Source: Bacillota bacterium (GTDB taxonomy: Bacteria > Bacillota > Clostridia > Oscillospirales > CAG-382). Taken from it: a stretch of DNA of 64,000 nt. Of the stretch, positions 25,380-36,237 are shown piece by piece (position 1 is the first letter of the stretch; each line of letters begins with the position of its first letter). The DNA lies in contig JAKPGJ010000032.1 in assembly GCA_029550965.1 (NCBI GenBank), positions 1,864-65,863 of the forward strand, given 5' to 3'. The translations under genes and the position numbers were made by a program. Under the pieces are notes generated by a model that made no database searches, was not told where the DNA came from, and was given only the letters and a program-made list of their open reading frames with translations.

Positions 25380-26330
25380 TTAATCATCGGATTTCTTTAA
25401 TGAAAGTCCAAGTGATGCAAGCTTCTGGATAACCTCTTCAAGTGATTTTTTACCAAGGTTTCGAACCTTCATCATGTCTTCCTCGGTACGGTTAATAAGA
25501 TCGCCAACCGTATCAATGCCCGCGCGCTTCAGGCAGTTAAAACTGCGTACCGACATATCAAGTTCTTCGATGGTCATATCGAGAACTTTTTCTTTCGTGG
25601 TTTCTTCTCTGTCAACCATGATTTCGGTATTCTTCGTTTCAGCCGAAAGCTCGATAAAGAGGTTGATATGCTCGCTGAGAATCTTCGCGGCGAGCGAAAT
25701 TGCTTCTTTTGCGCTTATCGTGCCGTTTGTGGCGACTTCAAGCGTAAGTTTATCGTAGTCGGTAATATTGCCGACTCTGGTGTTTGAAACTGTGTAATTC
25801 GCCTTATAGACAGGTGTAAAAATTGAATCCGTATATATAACGCCGATCGGCGGGTTGTCAACAGCCGCCTTGTTTTTCTCGGCAGGTACATAACCGCGTC
25901 CGTGATCGAAGGTAATTTCCATATAGAAGGGATAACCATCTTCAACCGTTGCTATGTGATGACTCGGATTCAGAATCTGAATATCCGAATCGCACTGAAT
26001 GTCGCCGGCGGTTACTTCACCGCCCCTGACATCGATGATGCATGTTTTCGGTTCCTGACTGTAAAGCTTGGCTACGATTCCTTTTACATTCAGAATGATC
26101 TCCGGGACATCTTCCTTAACGCCGGGAACAGTTGATATTTCGTGCAAAACGCCGTCAATTTTTACGCTGGTAGCAGCAACACCGGGAAGCGAGCTTAAAA
26201 GCACTCTTCTCAATGAATTGCCGAGCGTTATGCCGTAACCACGCTCAAGAGGTTCAACAACAAAAGTTCCGTGATTGCCGTCTTCGCTAAGCTCAGCGGT
26301 GATTATGCTCGGTCTTTCGATTTCGATCAT
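25380..26330 (-). CDS. rpoA: DNA-directed RNA polymerase subunit alpha
   Basis: 316 aa. Contains [18 protein letters not shown] and the C-terminal domain [23 protein letters not shown]. Confidence 0.98.
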   Translation of the reverse strand: MIEIERPSIITAELSEDGNHGTFVVEPLERGYGITLGNSLRRVLLSSLPGVAATSVKIDGVLHEISTVPGVKEDVPEIILNVKGIVAKLYSQEPKTCIIDVRGGEVTAGDIQCDSDIQILNPSHHIATVEDGYPFYMEITFDHGRGYVPAEKNKAAVDNPPIGVIYTDSIFTPVYKANYTVSNTRVGNITDYDKLTLEVATNGTISAKEAISLAAKILSEHINLFIELSAETKNTEIMVDREETTKEKVLDMTIEELDMSVRSFNCLKRAGIDTVGDLINRTEEDMMKVRNLGKKSLEEVIQKLASLGLSLKKSDD

Positions 26331-26400
26331 TAAAGTAACCTCCTTTGTTGTAGGCCCGAATTAATATTAAATAAAGGAACGCGATATTTAATATTAATTC

Positions 26401-27033
26401 TTACTTCGAGTACAACTCGACGATGAGATGTTCCTCAAACGGGAAGTCAATGTCAGCGCGTGTCGGAAGAGCGGTGATCGTTGCTGATACGTTCTCCTTA
26501 TCCAAACTTATCCAGGAAGGTACTGTCCTTGCGGTGATATTCTCGATAAGCATTTTAAACTTTTCAGAATCACGGCTGCTTTCCTTCAGGGATATGACAT
26601 CGTTTTTGTTTACAAGGTAGGAAGGAATGTTAACCTTCTTGCCGTTCACTCTGAAATGACCGTGCGTAACGAGCTGACGCGCCTCTCTGCGGCTATCAGC
26701 CAGACCCATACGGTAAACCACATTATCAAGACGTCTCTCGATGGCGGTAAGCAGGTTCTCGCCTGTTTGACCTTCCTTCTTGTCGGCCTTGATAAAGTAG
26801 TTCTTAAACTGCTTTTCCAGAATGCCATAGTACCTTTTAGCCTTTTGTTTTTCACGAAGCTGCAGACCATATTCTTTCGCTCTTCTTCTGTTGGAGTTCG
26901 CGCCGTGCTGTCCCGGAGCCTTTCCTCTGCGAGCAATCGAGCATTTATCGGAGAAGCATCTATCACCTTTCAAAAAGAGTTTGCAGCCTTCTCTGCGGCA
27001 CAGTCTGCATACTGCTCCTGTATATCTTGCCAT
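26401..27033 (-). CDS. rpsD: 30S ribosomal protein S4
   Basis: 210 aa. Starts [26 protein letters not shown]. Confidence 0.98.
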   Translation of the reverse strand: MARYTGAVCRLCRREGCKLFLKGDRCFSDKCSIARRGKAPGQHGANSNRRRAKEYGLQLREKQKAKRYYGILEKQFKNYFIKADKKEGQTGENLLTAIERRLDNVVYRMGLADSRREARQLVTHGHFRVNGKKVNIPSYLVNKNDVISLKESSRDSEKFKMLIENITARTVPSWISLDKENVSATITALPTRADIDFPFEEHLIVELYSK

Positions 27034-27057
27034 TTAATAACCTCCAATTCAAATTGT

Positions 27058-27456
27058 TTAAACACGTCTTCTCTTAGGCGGTCTGCAACCGTTATGAGGA
27101 ATAGGTGTAACATCTTTAATAAGACTAATCTCAAGACCGGCTACCTGAAGTGCTCTGATCGCAGCTTCTCTTCCCTGACCGGGACCTTTGACATAGACTT
27201 CAACCGTCTTCATGCCGTGTTCCATAGCTGCTTTCGCTGCTGCTTCCGAAGCCATCTGCGCTGCATAAGGAGTCGATTTCCGGCTGCCTCTGTATCCAAG
27301 CCCACCAGCGGACGCCCAGGCAATTGTGTTGCCCTTGGTATCGGTGATCGTAACGATGGTGTTGTTAAAGCTTGAACGGATGTGTGCTGCGCCGCGCTCA
27401 ATATTTTTACGCTCGCGTCTCTTTTTTGTAGCGACTTTCTTCTGTGCTGCTGCCAT
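27058..27456 (-). CDS. rpsK: 30S ribosomal protein S11
   Basis: 132 aa. Contains [22 protein letters not shown]. Confidence 0.98.
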   Translation of the reverse strand: MAAAQKKVATKKRRERKNIERGAAHIRSSFNNTIVTITDTKGNTIAWASAGGLGYRGSRKSTPYAAQMASEAAAKAAMEHGMKTVEVYVKGPGQGREAAIRALQVAGLEISLIKDVTPIPHNGCRPPKRRRV

Positions 27457-27475
27457 TTAATCGGTTTCCCTCCTT

Positions 27476-27844
27476 TTACTTCTTCTTGTTCGCGATGGTC
27501 TTTGCCGGACCTTTTCTTGTTCTTGCGTTGGTTTTGGTTCTCTGTCCTCTTACGGGCAGACCTTTTCTATGTCTTTGTCCGCGATAGCAGTCAATGTCTA
27601 CCAACCGCTTAATGTTCATAGCGATTTCGCGACGCAGATCGCCTTCAACGACATAGTTGTTTTCAATCTCCTCACGGAGTTTCGCTATATCTTCCTCGGT
27701 CAAATCCTTGACGCGAGTGTCGGGATTAATGCCGGTTTTCTGGAGTATTTTGTTCGAGAGTGATCTGCCGATACCGTAAATATAGCAAAGTCCAATCTCG
27801 ACGCGCTTTGAGTTTGGAATATCAACACCGGAAATACGAGCCAT
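27476..27844 (-). CDS. rpsM: 30S ribosomal protein S13
   Basis: 122 aa. Starts [26 protein letters not shown]. Confidence 0.98.
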   Translation of the reverse strand: MARISGVDIPNSKRVEIGLCYIYGIGRSLSNKILQKTGINPDTRVKDLTEEDIAKLREEIENNYVVEGDLRREIAMNIKRLVDIDCYRGQRHRKGLPVRGQRTKTNARTRKGPAKTIANKKK

Positions 27845-27859
27845 TGTTACACCTCTCTC

Positions 27860-27973
27860 CTATCCTTGTTTTTGCTTGTGTTTGGGGTTCTCGCAAATGA
27901 CCATTATCCTGCCTTTGCGTTTGATAATCTTACACTTCTCGCATCTTTTCTTAACGGAAGGCTTTACCTTCAT
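27860..27973 (-). CDS. rpmJ: 50S ribosomal protein L36
   Basis: Below the ORF-track cutoff. My translation is [37 protein letters not shown] (37 aa, zinc-binding C-C-C-H form). Confidence 0.95.
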   Translation of the reverse strand: MKVKPSVKKRCEKCKIIKRKGRIMVICENPKHKQKQG

Positions 27974-28106
27974 GATGATCATTCCTTTCCCCGGCCGGAT
28001 GCCGGTAGTGGGATTTCGCTGCAAAAAAACAGCCGTATCTCATTCGAATGCATTCTTAATAATTCTTATTATCAAAAGATTGCTTGTCGGTTATACGAAT
28101 TTCGAA

Positions 28107-28325
28107 CTATTTTTGACGGTATGTTATTCTGCCCTGACTCAGATCGTATATCGAAACCTCCACGGTTACTTTGTCGCCGGGAAGGATTCGAATGTAATGC
28201 ATACGCATTTTACCTGAAATATGAGCAGTAATGATATGACCGTTTGATAGTTTTACTTTAAAGACGGTATTGGGCAATACTTCCGTTACCACGCCTTCAA
28301 ATTCAATGACATCGTCTTTAGCCAG
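28107..28325 (-). CDS. infA: Translation initiation factor IF-1, probable non-canonical (CTG or ATT) start
   Basis: The track gives a 61-aa GTG-started ORF. The conserved N-terminus [10 protein letters not shown] is encoded in-frame upstream, after an AAAGGAGG SD. No ATG/GTG/TTG lies between the upstream in-frame stop (28347-28349) and that segment. A CTG start at 28325 gives the canonical 72 aa. Confidence 0.85.
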   Translation of the reverse strand: MAKDDVIEFEGVVTEVLPNTVFKVKLSNGHIITAHISGKMRMHYIRILPGDKVTVEVSIYDLSQGRITYRQK

Positions 28326-28346
28326 AATAATACCTCCTTTAAAACA

Positions 28347-28622
28347 TCAAACCTCGGTGCCGAGAACTTCTTCCAGTTCTCTAACTCGTTCCCTAATCTG
28401 CCTATTTGTCAGTTTTCCGGGCTCAAGTCTTGTCAGTTTTTCATCAACACCGGTAATTACGCGTATGTGTTTTAATTTCTTCTTTTTGGGTGATTCGGTT
28501 TTTCTGGTCCGGCCATCGGCGATGAGCACGTAGTTCTCGTCGATGACGCCAACCACAGCCGCGATTCTACCTTTATCTCTACCCGCAAGTGAAATTACCA
28601 TGAGACCCAGATAATCATTCAT
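28347..28622 (-). CDS. KOW domain-containing RNA-binding protein
   Basis: 91 aa. Contains LMVISLAGRDKGRIAAVVGVIDENYVLIADG. It occupies the map-infA position seen in Clostridia. Confidence 0.8.
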   Translation of the reverse strand: MNDYLGLMVISLAGRDKGRIAAVVGVIDENYVLIADGRTRKTESPKKKKLKHIRVITGVDEKLTRLEPGKLTNRQIRERVRELEEVLGTEV

Positions 28623-28634
28623 ACTCTACCATCC

Positions 28635-29387
28635 TCAGGGATTTGGATCAGTCAGTATTACGACTCCGCTGTTCGTCACCGCGATTGTGTTCTCATAATG
28701 CGCGGAAAGTTTTCCGTCGGCAGTGACAACAGTCCATTTGTTTGGTAATACTCTAACCTCCCAGGTTCCGACGTTTACCATCGGTTCTACTGCAAACGTC
28801 ATGCCCGCCTGCAGCCTGGGCCCTCTTCCGGCTGGTCCGTAATTAGGAACATCGGGTGATTCGTGGAGATTTCTGCCTACTCCGTGTCCAATAAATTCAC
28901 GGACAACTTCATAGCCGTGCTTCTTCGCGTATTGATAAATGGCGTTCGAAATATCGCCGATTCTGCCGCCCGGCTTGATTGCGTTGATGCCTTCGTAAAA
29001 GCACTGTTCGGTTACCGCAATCAGCCTTTTGGCTTCGTCGCTGATATTTCCAACCGCGAACGTAGCGGCGCAGTCACCGTGAAAGCCTTTATAATACGCT
29101 CCGACGTCGACTTTTACAATATCGCCGTCCTTGAGTGTTCTTGATGACGGGATACCGTGGATGACTTCCTCGTTAACGCTCACGCAAGCGGAAGCGGGGA
29201 AACCGCCGTATCCGAGAAACGACGGCGTCGCGCCGTGCGCAAGGATGCAGGCTTTGACCTTCTGGTCAATAAAGTGGGTTGTAACGCCTTCCTTTATATA
29301 AGAACCTGCGACCTCGCGCGCGATTGCCGCAATCCTGCCTGCCTGACGCATCAACTCGATTTCGGCGTCCGTCTTAATGGTAATCAT
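28635..29387 (-). CDS. map: Type I methionine aminopeptidase
   Basis: 250 aa. Metal ligands lie in the DIVKVDVGAYYKGFHGD, GHGVG and FAVEP motifs. Confidence 0.97.
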   Translation of the reverse strand: MITIKTDAEIELMRQAGRIAAIAREVAGSYIKEGVTTHFIDQKVKACILAHGATPSFLGYGGFPASACVSVNEEVIHGIPSSRTLKDGDIVKVDVGAYYKGFHGDCAATFAVGNISDEAKRLIAVTEQCFYEGINAIKPGGRIGDISNAIYQYAKKHGYEVVREFIGHGVGRNLHESPDVPNYGPAGRGPRLQAGMTFAVEPMVNVGTWEVRVLPNKWTVVTADGKLSAHYENTIAVTNSGVVILTDPNP

Positions 29388-30016
29388 AGACCTAATGCCG
29401 CCCTTGTGAGGCTTGTCGTGTCTTCGAGTTTTTCCTGGCCTACAACTGTTTTTACGATGCCCTTCTTTGTATAGTATTCAAGCAGCGGCTCGGTTTCCTT
29501 GTGATAGGTTACCAGTCTGTTCTTGACTACTTCGGGGTCGTCGTCTTTTCTCATCGTAAGTTCCGAACCGCATTTATCGCAGGTTTTGTTGTCCCTGCTC
29601 GGATTGGAAACGATATGATAGGTAGCGCCGCATTTGCCGCATACCCTTCTTCCGCTCATGCGGTTTATAATCGTTTCGTCCGCAACCTCGAGCGAAATCA
29701 CAACGTCTATGTTTACGCCGAGTTTTTCAAGGGCGATTGCCTGCGGTATGGTTCTCGGAAATCCGTCAAGAATAAACCCGTTTTTGCAGTCCGGTTCCGC
29801 AAGTCTGTCTTTTATGATTCCGATAACGATTTCGTCGGAAACCAGCGCGCCGGATTCAATCGCGCTCTTGGCCGCCAAACCCATCTCGGTACCGTTTTTA
29901 ATCGCTTCGCGAATAATCGCGCCGGTAGAAATCGTTGGAATGTTCAGCTCTTTGCTGATAATCTCCGCCTGAGTGCCCTTGCCGGCACCAGGAGGTCCGA
30001 AAAAGATGATGTTCAT
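29384..30016 (-). CDS. adk: Adenylate kinase
   Basis: 210 aa. P-loop GPPGAGKGTQ and zinc lid CGKCGATYH...CDKCG. Confidence 0.98.
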   Translation of the reverse strand: MNIIFFGPPGAGKGTQAEIISKELNIPTISTGAIIREAIKNGTEMGLAAKSAIESGALVSDEIVIGIIKDRLAEPDCKNGFILDGFPRTIPQAIALEKLGVNIDVVISLEVADETIINRMSGRRVCGKCGATYHIVSNPSRDNKTCDKCGSELTMRKDDDPEVVKNRLVTYHKETEPLLEYYTKKGIVKTVVGQEKLEDTTSLTRAALGL

Positions 30017-30028
30017 AAAATGTCGCCT

Positions 30029-31309
30029 CTATTCAAGGAATCCTTTGTAATGACGCATCGTAATCTCACTTTCGATGGTGCGGGTCGTCTCAAGCGCGAC
30101 GCCGACGATAATGATGATGGATGTTCCGCCGAAAATGAGCAGTCTGAACGCCATTTCTCCGGTCCATGACATAAGAATCGGGAATATTGCCACGAAAGAC
30201 AGGAACAACGAACCAATTAACGTGATCCTGTTGACGACCTTCTGAATATAATCAGCGGTCGGTTTGCCCGGACGGTAACCAAGAATGGTTCCGCCGTTCT
30301 TTTTCAGGTTGTTTGCAATTTCTATGGTGTTAAAGGATATGCTGTTGTAAAAATATGCAAACGCAATAATCAGAACAAAGTTCACTAAAACGTACAACCA
30401 ACCCCAGGACGGACTGCTGGGCGTAAAGTATTTCTCGATGGTATTTCTCCAGCTCGGGATGATGATCGCCAGCGTCTGAGGAACGGTCGTGATCGCATTC
30501 GCAAAGATGATCGGCATAACGCCGCCGAGTAAAACCTTAATCGGCAGGTTGGTATTCATGCCGCCGTACATCTTTCTGCCTACAACTCTTTTCGCGTACT
30601 GAACCGGCAGTCTTCTCTCAGACTCTGAGAAGAATACGATCGCGGTGATGATCGCAAGCATCATAACGACGGCTGCGATAACCGGAATCGTCTCTTCCCG
30701 GATAAGCAGGAAGATTTCCAAAAGTCTGATTGTCAGTCCGGCCGTGATGTTTACGAAAAGAAGGATGGAGATACCATTGCCGATACCTTTTTCGTCAATC
30801 TTTTCGGCAATCCACATAACCATGCAGGAACCTGCAGTGTAGGCTATTATAATGACGAACATCTCGAAAACTCCGGTGCTAACAATCGCGGAGTAATTCT
30901 TCATGGTCAGATAATAGCCGTAGGATGTCAAAATCGAAAGACCGAGCGTAGTATAACGTACGATTCTGGATATTTTTTCCTGACCTTCGGGACCGCTTTT
31001 CTGCAGCTTCTCCAATGCCGGAATGGCTACGGTAAGAAGCTGCACAACGATCGAGGCGGTAATGTAGGGGTTAACGCCCAACGAGAACAATGTGGCTTTT
31101 GAAAACGCGTCACCTGACAACATGTTGAAGTATTCGAGGAAAGAGCCTTTTACGGTCTCGTTGTTGAACCAATCCTGCCATACCTGGCTGTCGATAAAAG
31201 GAACCGGGACGGCAGAACCGATTCTGAACAACACGATGATCAGAAGCGTAAAAAGCATTCTTTTCCGAATATCATCAATACTCCAAGCGTTTTTGTAAAT
31301 TCGCCACAT
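30029..31309 (-). CDS. secY: Preprotein translocase subunit SecY
   Basis: 426 aa, polytopic. Contains LGVNPYITASIVVQLL and GGTSIIIIVGVALET. Confidence 0.98.
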   Translation of the reverse strand: MWRIYKNAWSIDDIRKRMLFTLLIIVLFRIGSAVPVPFIDSQVWQDWFNNETVKGSFLEYFNMLSGDAFSKATLFSLGVNPYITASIVVQLLTVAIPALEKLQKSGPEGQEKISRIVRYTTLGLSILTSYGYYLTMKNYSAIVSTGVFEMFVIIIAYTAGSCMVMWIAEKIDEKGIGNGISILLFVNITAGLTIRLLEIFLLIREETIPVIAAVVMMLAIITAIVFFSESERRLPVQYAKRVVGRKMYGGMNTNLPIKVLLGGVMPIIFANAITTVPQTLAIIIPSWRNTIEKYFTPSSPSWGWLYVLVNFVLIIAFAYFYNSISFNTIEIANNLKKNGGTILGYRPGKPTADYIQKVVNRITLIGSLFLSFVAIFPILMSWTGEMAFRLLIFGGTSIIIIVGVALETTRTIESEITMRHYKGFLE

Positions 31310-31750
31310 TTAAATCACCTGAGCCTTTCCGCCTGCGGCCTCTATCTTTTCCTTCGCGGTTGCTGAGAAAATAGCTGCTTTAACGGTTAACGCCTTGGTG
31401 ATTTCTCCGTTTCCGAGGACTTTGAGTCCGTCGTAAACTTTCTTTATAATTCCTTTTTCGATCAGGGCCTGCGCATCAACGACAGAATCCTTCTCGAAAA
31501 CTTCAAGCTGTTCAACATTTACAATTGCATATTGCTTTGCAAAACGGTTCGTAAAACCTCTTTTGGGCAGTTTCCTGTAAAGCGGAAGCTGTCCGCCTTC
31601 GAAACCGGGTCTTACTCCACCGCCCGAGCGCGCGTTCTGACCCTTATGGCCGCGACCAGCGGTTTTTCCGTTACCGCTTCCGATACCTCTACCCTTGCGA
31701 AATCTGGGTCTGGTAGAACCTTCTGCCGGAGAAAGCTCATGAAGCTTCAT
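31310..31750 (-). CDS. rplO: 50S ribosomal protein L15
   Basis: 146 aa. Contains [12 protein letters not shown]...[14 protein letters not shown]. Confidence 0.98.
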   Translation of the reverse strand: MKLHELSPAEGSTRPRFRKGRGIGSGNGKTAGRGHKGQNARSGGGVRPGFEGGQLPLYRKLPKRGFTNRFAKQYAIVNVEQLEVFEKDSVVDAQALIEKGIIKKVYDGLKVLGNGEITKALTVKAAIFSATAKEKIEAAGGKAQVI

Positions 31751-31788
31751 TGTTTTATCCTCCTATTCAAAAATTCTTTACGCTGTTC

Positions 31789-31968
31789 TTACAGCTCTTC
31801 CACACTGATGAGATGCGAAATGGTTTTGATTTTTCCTTCAATCGCTGCGTCCTTCTCAACGACCTTGTAGTCGCCTATTTTTCTTAAACCCAGCGAGTGA
31901 GCTGTAAGAATCTGATCTTCTTTACGGCCAATAAGACTTTTTGTAAGAGTAAGCTTTACTTTTGCCAT
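31789..31968 (-). CDS. rpmD: 50S ribosomal protein L30
   Basis: Below the ORF-track cutoff. My translation is MAKVKLTLTKSLIGRKEDQILTAHSLGLRKIGDYKVVEKDAAIEGKIKTISHLISVEEL (59 aa). Confidence 0.93.
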   Translation of the reverse strand: MAKVKLTLTKSLIGRKEDQILTAHSLGLRKIGDYKVVEKDAAIEGKIKTISHLISVEEL

Positions 31969-31982
31969 GACGCCGCCTCCTC

Positions 31983-32474
31983 CTATAAACTTTCTACACT
32001 AACGCCACGCATAAGAGCAACCTGCTCGGGTGTGCGCAGACCCTTGAGCGCTTCAAAGGTAGCTTTTACGACATTTATAGGGTTGTTTGAGCGCAGTGAT
32101 TTTGCGCGTATATCGCGTATTCCTGCCAATTCAAGAACAGCACGCATTTTGCCGCCCGCGATGATACCGGTACCGGGAGCCGCCGGCTTTAACAGCACCT
32201 TGCCTGCTCCGAACTCGCCGATAATTTCATGAGGAATGGTTGTTCCCTTGAGCGATACGGCAATGATGTTTTTCTTTGCGGCTTCGATCGCCTTGCTGAT
32301 CGCATCCGGAACTTCGGCGGCCTTGCCGAGACCGTAGCCGACATGACCGTTACCGTCGCCTACGACAACCAGCGCGGAAAACCTTGCGATACGTCCGCCC
32401 TTGACGGTCTTTGATACACGCTTTGTAAATACAGGAACCTCTTTTAAATCCAAAGTAGTGTAATCGATCTTCAT
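31983..32474 (-). CDS. rpsE: 30S ribosomal protein S5
   Basis: 163 aa. Contains [34 protein letters not shown]. Confidence 0.98.
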   Translation of the reverse strand: MKIDYTTLDLKEVPVFTKRVSKTVKGGRIARFSALVVVGDGNGHVGYGLGKAAEVPDAISKAIEAAKKNIIAVSLKGTTIPHEIIGEFGAGKVLLKPAAPGTGIIAGGKMRAVLELAGIRDIRAKSLRSNNPINVVKATFEALKGLRTPEQVALMRGVSVESL

Positions 32475-32483
32475 GTTTTCCTC

Positions 32484-32843
32484 CTAAAAGTTAAGTCCGG
32501 CTTCGCGGGCACCGTCAGCGAGCTCCTTCACGCGACCGTGATACAGGTAGCCGCCTCTGTCGAATACCACTGTGGTGATACCCTTTTCCAATGCTCTCTT
32601 TGCAACAAGCTCTCCGACTTTTCTTGCCGCAGCTTTGTTGCCGCCATTTTCGCCGAATTCCGGCTCAACGCTGGAGGCCGATACTAATGTTTTTCCGACA
32701 GTATCATCTATAATCTGAGCATAGATATTCGCGAGCGAACGATAGACGCAAAGACGCGGTCTATCGGGAGTACCGAATATCTTCGCCCTGACCCTTTTAT
32801 GACGCTTTAGACGCTGTTTATTGCTGTCGACACGATGTACCAT
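32484..32843 (-). CDS. rplR: 50S ribosomal protein L18
   Basis: 119 aa. Contains [20 protein letters not shown]...[28 protein letters not shown]. Confidence 0.98.
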   Translation of the reverse strand: MVHRVDSNKQRLKRHKRVRAKIFGTPDRPRLCVYRSLANIYAQIIDDTVGKTLVSASSVEPEFGENGGNKAAARKVGELVAKRALEKGITTVVFDRGGYLYHGRVKELADGAREAGLNF

Positions 32844-32860
32844 ATTCTTAACGCTCCTTT

Positions 32861-33403
32861 CTATTTCTTACCGGCTTTTCCGGCCTTACGCCTTATTCTC
32901 TCTTCAGCGTACTTGACGCCTTTTCCGAGGTAAGGCTCAGGAGGTCTCTTGCTTCTCAGTTCAGCAGCAATCTGTCCGACCTGCTGTTTGCCCGGTCCGC
33001 TAATGATAATCGTGTTGGGATCCGGAACGTCAAACTTAATTCCTTCGGGCTCATCGTATACAATCGTGTGCGAATATCCAAGGTTCAGTACGAGCTGCTT
33101 GCCCTGCTTGGCTGCCTTGTAGCCAACGCCGTTTATCTCAAGCTTTTTCTGATAGCCTTCAGTTACGCCGGTTACCATGTTTGCGATAAGCGTTCTTGAA
33201 AGTCCGTGAAGAGATCTCATTTCCTTCTCGTCATTCGGACGCTTCACTATAATTTTATCGCTCTCCTGCTCTATGATTATTTCACTCGGGAGCTTTTCGG
33301 TCAGCGTACCTTTGGGACCTTTCACTGTTACCAAATTGTCAGCGCCAATTGTTACGGTGACGCCCGCGGGTATAACGACCGGCTTTCTGCCTATTCTTGA
33401 CAT
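32861..33403 (-). CDS. rplF: 50S ribosomal protein L6
   Basis: I place the start at ATG 33403 ([12 protein letters not shown]) after a GGGAGGAG SD. The track ORF starts 8 codons upstream. Confidence 0.97.
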   Translation of the reverse strand: MSRIGRKPVVIPAGVTVTIGADNLVTVKGPKGTLTEKLPSEIIIEQESDKIIVKRPNDEKEMRSLHGLSRTLIANMVTGVTEGYQKKLEINGVGYKAAKQGKQLVLNLGYSHTIVYDEPEGIKFDVPDPNTIIISGPGKQQVGQIAAELRSKRPPEPYLGKGVKYAEERIRRKAGKAGKK

Positions 33404-33416
33404 CTTAATCTCCTCC

Positions 33417-33815
33417 CTACCATACAAAAGCGAGAACTTCGCCGCCGATATTGTTCTTACGCGCTTCTTTATCGGTCATAATGCCTTTTGAGGTGGATAT
33501 AATCGCAATTCCAAGTCCGTTTCTTACTTTAGGAAGGTCCTTGCTCGATGCGTAAATTCTCAGACCGGGTTTCGAAACTCTGCGCAAGCCCTGAATAACT
33601 CTTGATTTGCCTTCGCCGTATTTCAGGGTGATGGTGATAGTACCCTGCTTGCTGTCATCCGATACGGTATAGCCCTTGATATACCCTTCATCAAGTAAGA
33701 TCTGCGCGATCGCTTTTTTCAAATTGGAAGCAGGAATGTCAACAGTTTCGTGCTTTGCCGCATTGGCATTGCGAATTCTTGTGAGCATATCTGCTACTAC
33801 GTCTGTCATCTGCAT
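33417..33815 (-). CDS. rpsH: 30S ribosomal protein S8
   Basis: 132 aa. Starts [23 protein letters not shown]. Confidence 0.98.
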   Translation of the reverse strand: MQMTDVVADMLTRIRNANAAKHETVDIPASNLKKAIAQILLDEGYIKGYTVSDDSKQGTITITLKYGEGKSRVIQGLRRVSKPGLRIYASSKDLPKVRNGLGIAIISTSKGIMTDKEARKNNIGGEVLAFVW

Positions 33816-33827
33816 ATTGTATCCTCC

Positions 33828-34013
33828 TTACCAACTTGCCTTCTTGATTCCGGGGATCTGTCCTGCGTAGGAAAGATTCCTGAAGCATATACGGCATACA
33901 CCATATTTGCGCAGATAAGCATGCGGTCTGCCGCAAATCTTGCATCTATTATAAGCACGGGTAGAATACTTAGGCTTTCTTTGCTGCTTTAAGATCATTG
34001 CTTTCTTTGCCAT
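33828..34013 (-). CDS. rpsN: 30S ribosomal protein S14, type Z (zinc-binding)
   Basis: 61 aa. Contains the [22 protein letters not shown] motif. Confidence 0.97.
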   Translation of the reverse strand: MAKKAMILKQQRKPKYSTRAYNRCKICGRPHAYLRKYGVCRICFRNLSYAGQIPGIKKASW

Positions 34014-34027
34014 CTGTACTTACCTCC

Positions 34028-34570
34028 TTAAACTTTCTGAAACGGAGCGCCCAGCAATGTCAGAAGCTCTCTTGCTTCTTCGTCGTTCTGAGCCGTGGTT
34101 ACGAAAACGATATCCATGCCTCTGATTTTATCGACCTTGTCGTAATCGATTTCAGGGAAAATCAGCTGTTCTTTCAGTCCCAGCGAATAATTTCCTCTGC
34201 CGTCAAAGGAGTTGGGGTTGATGCCTTTGAAGTCACGAACCTTCGGAAGCGCGAGATTGAAAAGTTTATAAACAAACTCATACATTCTTTCGCCGCGAAG
34301 CGTTACCTTAACGCCGATCTTTGTTCCCGCACGGAGTTTGAAGTTGGAAACCGACTTCTTAGCGACGGTGGGAACCGCCTTCTGTCCGGAAATCGCAGTC
34401 AGTTCGGCGATTATGTTGTCGATAACCTTCGGGTTTTCCTTTGCGTCGCCGGCGCCTACGTTGATAACAACCTTGTCAAGGCGCGGAATCTGCATCGGAC
34501 TCTTATAATTGAATTTCTTCATCAGAGCGGGAGCGACTTCGCTCTTGTAGTATTTCGCTAAATATGACAT
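34028..34570 (-). CDS. rplE: 50S ribosomal protein L5
   Basis: 180 aa. Contains [15 protein letters not shown]...[11 protein letters not shown]. Confidence 0.98.
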   Translation of the reverse strand: MSYLAKYYKSEVAPALMKKFNYKSPMQIPRLDKVVINVGAGDAKENPKVIDNIIAELTAISGQKAVPTVAKKSVSNFKLRAGTKIGVKVTLRGERMYEFVYKLFNLALPKVRDFKGINPNSFDGRGNYSLGLKEQLIFPEIDYDKVDKIRGMDIVFVTTAQNDEEARELLTLLGAPFQKV

Positions 34571-34588
34571 CTTTTATCCTCCCCCGCT

Positions 34589-34930
34589 TTATATTGTTTC
34601 GCCGCATTTTACACAGACTCTGATTTTTTCGCCGTTTTCAGTAGTCTTGTGTCTTACTCTTCTGCCCGCCTGGCATTTGGGGCAGTAGAGCATAACCTTG
34701 CTTGCGTAAATTGCGCTCTCAGTTTTGATAATTCCGCCGCGTTCGCCCTGCTTCTTGGGTTTTACATGCTTGGAAACCATGCATGCGCCCTCAACAATGA
34801 CCTTGCCCTCTTTCGGAGAAACACCGAGCACCTTGCCGATGGTTTTATCCTTGAAGTTGGCGTACTTGCCGGAAATTATGACAACGGTGTCTCCCGTCTT
34901 TACGTGCATCTTTCTTCTTTTTTCACTCAT
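34589..34930 (-). CDS. rplX: 50S ribosomal protein L24 (with C-terminal CxxC...CxxC)
   Basis: 113 aa. KOW motif HVKTGDTVVIISGK, and a C-terminal CPKCQ...CVKCG. Confidence 0.96.
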   Translation of the reverse strand: MSEKRRKMHVKTGDTVVIISGKYANFKDKTIGKVLGVSPKEGKVIVEGACMVSKHVKPKKQGERGGIIKTESAIYASKVMLYCPKCQAGRRVRHKTTENGEKIRVCVKCGETI

Positions 34931-34946
34931 TGTAAGTTACCTCCCA

Positions 34947-35315
34947 CTAAACAACTTCGGGTGCCAAGGAGAGTATTTTCATATAATCCTTTTCACGAAG
35001 CTCACGGGCAACCGGTCCAAAAATACGCGTTCCTTTGGGGTTTTTATCTTCATTTATCAAAACAGCTGCGTTTTCATCGAACTTAATATACGAGCCGTCG
35101 GCTCTGCGCGTTCCCTGAACTGTTCTAACGATGACAGCGCGGACAACATCGCCTTTCTTTACGAGTCCGCCGGGAGCTGCCTTTTTAACAGAGCAAACAA
35201 TAACATCACCGATACCGCCATACCGTCTGCCTGTGCCGCCAAGTACTCGGATGCACATTAATTCTTTCGCGCCGGTGTTATCGGCAACTTTCAGAAATGA
35301 TTGTTGCTGTATCAT
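34947..35315 (-). CDS. rplN: 50S ribosomal protein L14
   Basis: 122 aa. Starts [27 protein letters not shown]. Confidence 0.98.
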   Translation of the reverse strand: MIQQQSFLKVADNTGAKELMCIRVLGGTGRRYGGIGDVIVCSVKKAAPGGLVKKGDVVRAVIVRTVQGTRRADGSYIKFDENAAVLINEDKNPKGTRIFGPVARELREKDYMKILSLAPEVV

Positions 35316-35328
35316 TGTGTACCTCCTA

Positions 35329-35586
35329 TTACTTAGCTTTCTCTATAATTTCGACGAGGCGCCATCTTTTTTCTTTGGAAAGCGGACGGGTCTCCATAAT
35401 CTTGACCGTATCGCCAATATTGCATTCGTTCTTTTCGTCATGCGCCTTTAATCTGACGGTTCTCTTGACAATCTTTTTATAGAGCGGATGCTGAATGTGA
35501 TCCTCTATGGCAACGACGATCGTCTTGTCCATTTTATTGCTGACAACTTTGCCAACTCTTGTTTTTCTCAAAGCTCTTTGTTCCAT
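35329..35586 (-). CDS. rpsQ: 30S ribosomal protein S17
   Basis: 85 aa. Contains [27 protein letters not shown]. Confidence 0.98.
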   Translation of the reverse strand: MEQRALRKTRVGKVVSNKMDKTIVVAIEDHIQHPLYKKIVKRTVRLKAHDEKNECNIGDTVKIMETRPLSKEKRWRLVEIIEKAK

Positions 35587-35602
35587 CTCGGCTTACTCCT
35601 TT

Positions 35603-35806
35603 CTATGCCCGTTTCTCAGCGAGTTCCTTCTCGCGGAGCACAGTGAGTATTCTCGCAATAGTCTTTTTTGTTTCGACTATTTTCATCGGATTGTCGAGCT
35701 GGTTAATGGAATGCTGGAAACGAAGCTTGAACAACTCTTCCTTCTGTTCCTTGAGCGTTTTCTCAAGCTGAGCCGTAGTCATTTCTCTTATTTCTTTAAT
35801 GTTCAT
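35603..35806 (-). CDS. rpmC: 50S ribosomal protein L29
   Basis: 67 aa. Contains ELFKLRFQHSINQLDNP. Confidence 0.96.
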   Translation of the reverse strand: MNIKEIREMTTAQLEKTLKEQKEELFKLRFQHSINQLDNPMKIVETKKTIARILTVLREKELAEKRA

Positions 35807-35820
35807 CTCGTTACCTCCTG

Positions 35821-36237
35821 TTACTCGAGGTCAGCCTTGGTAACAAACTTACATTTGATCGGAAGCTTATGGGATGCAAGACGCATTGCCTCGCGCGCAT
35901 CCTCTTCGGAAATGCCGTCCATCTCAAACATAACTCTGCCCGGCTTGACAACAGCTACCCAGTACTCGGGGCTACCTTTACCGGAACCCATTCGAGTTTC
36001 GGCAGGCTTTTCAGTGACAGGCTTATCCGGGAAAATCTTAATCCAGACCTTGCCGCCTCTCTTGATATAACGGGTCATCGCAACACGGGCCGCTTCGATC
36101 TGATTACTTGTAATCCAAGCGGGTTCCATGGCGACAAGTCCAAAAGAACCGTCCGTTATCCTGTTGCCCCTGGTTGCTTTGCCGGTCAGACGGCCTCTCT
36201 GAACACGTCTGTATTTCACTCTTTTAGGCATTAACAT
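35821..36237 (-). CDS. rplP: 50S ribosomal protein L16
   Basis: 138 aa. Starts [16 protein letters not shown]. Confidence 0.98.
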   Translation of the reverse strand: MLMPKRVKYRRVQRGRLTGKATRGNRITDGSFGLVAMEPAWITSNQIEAARVAMTRYIKRGGKVWIKIFPDKPVTEKPAETRMGSGKGSPEYWVAVVKPGRVMFEMDGISEEDAREAMRLASHKLPIKCKFVTKADLE

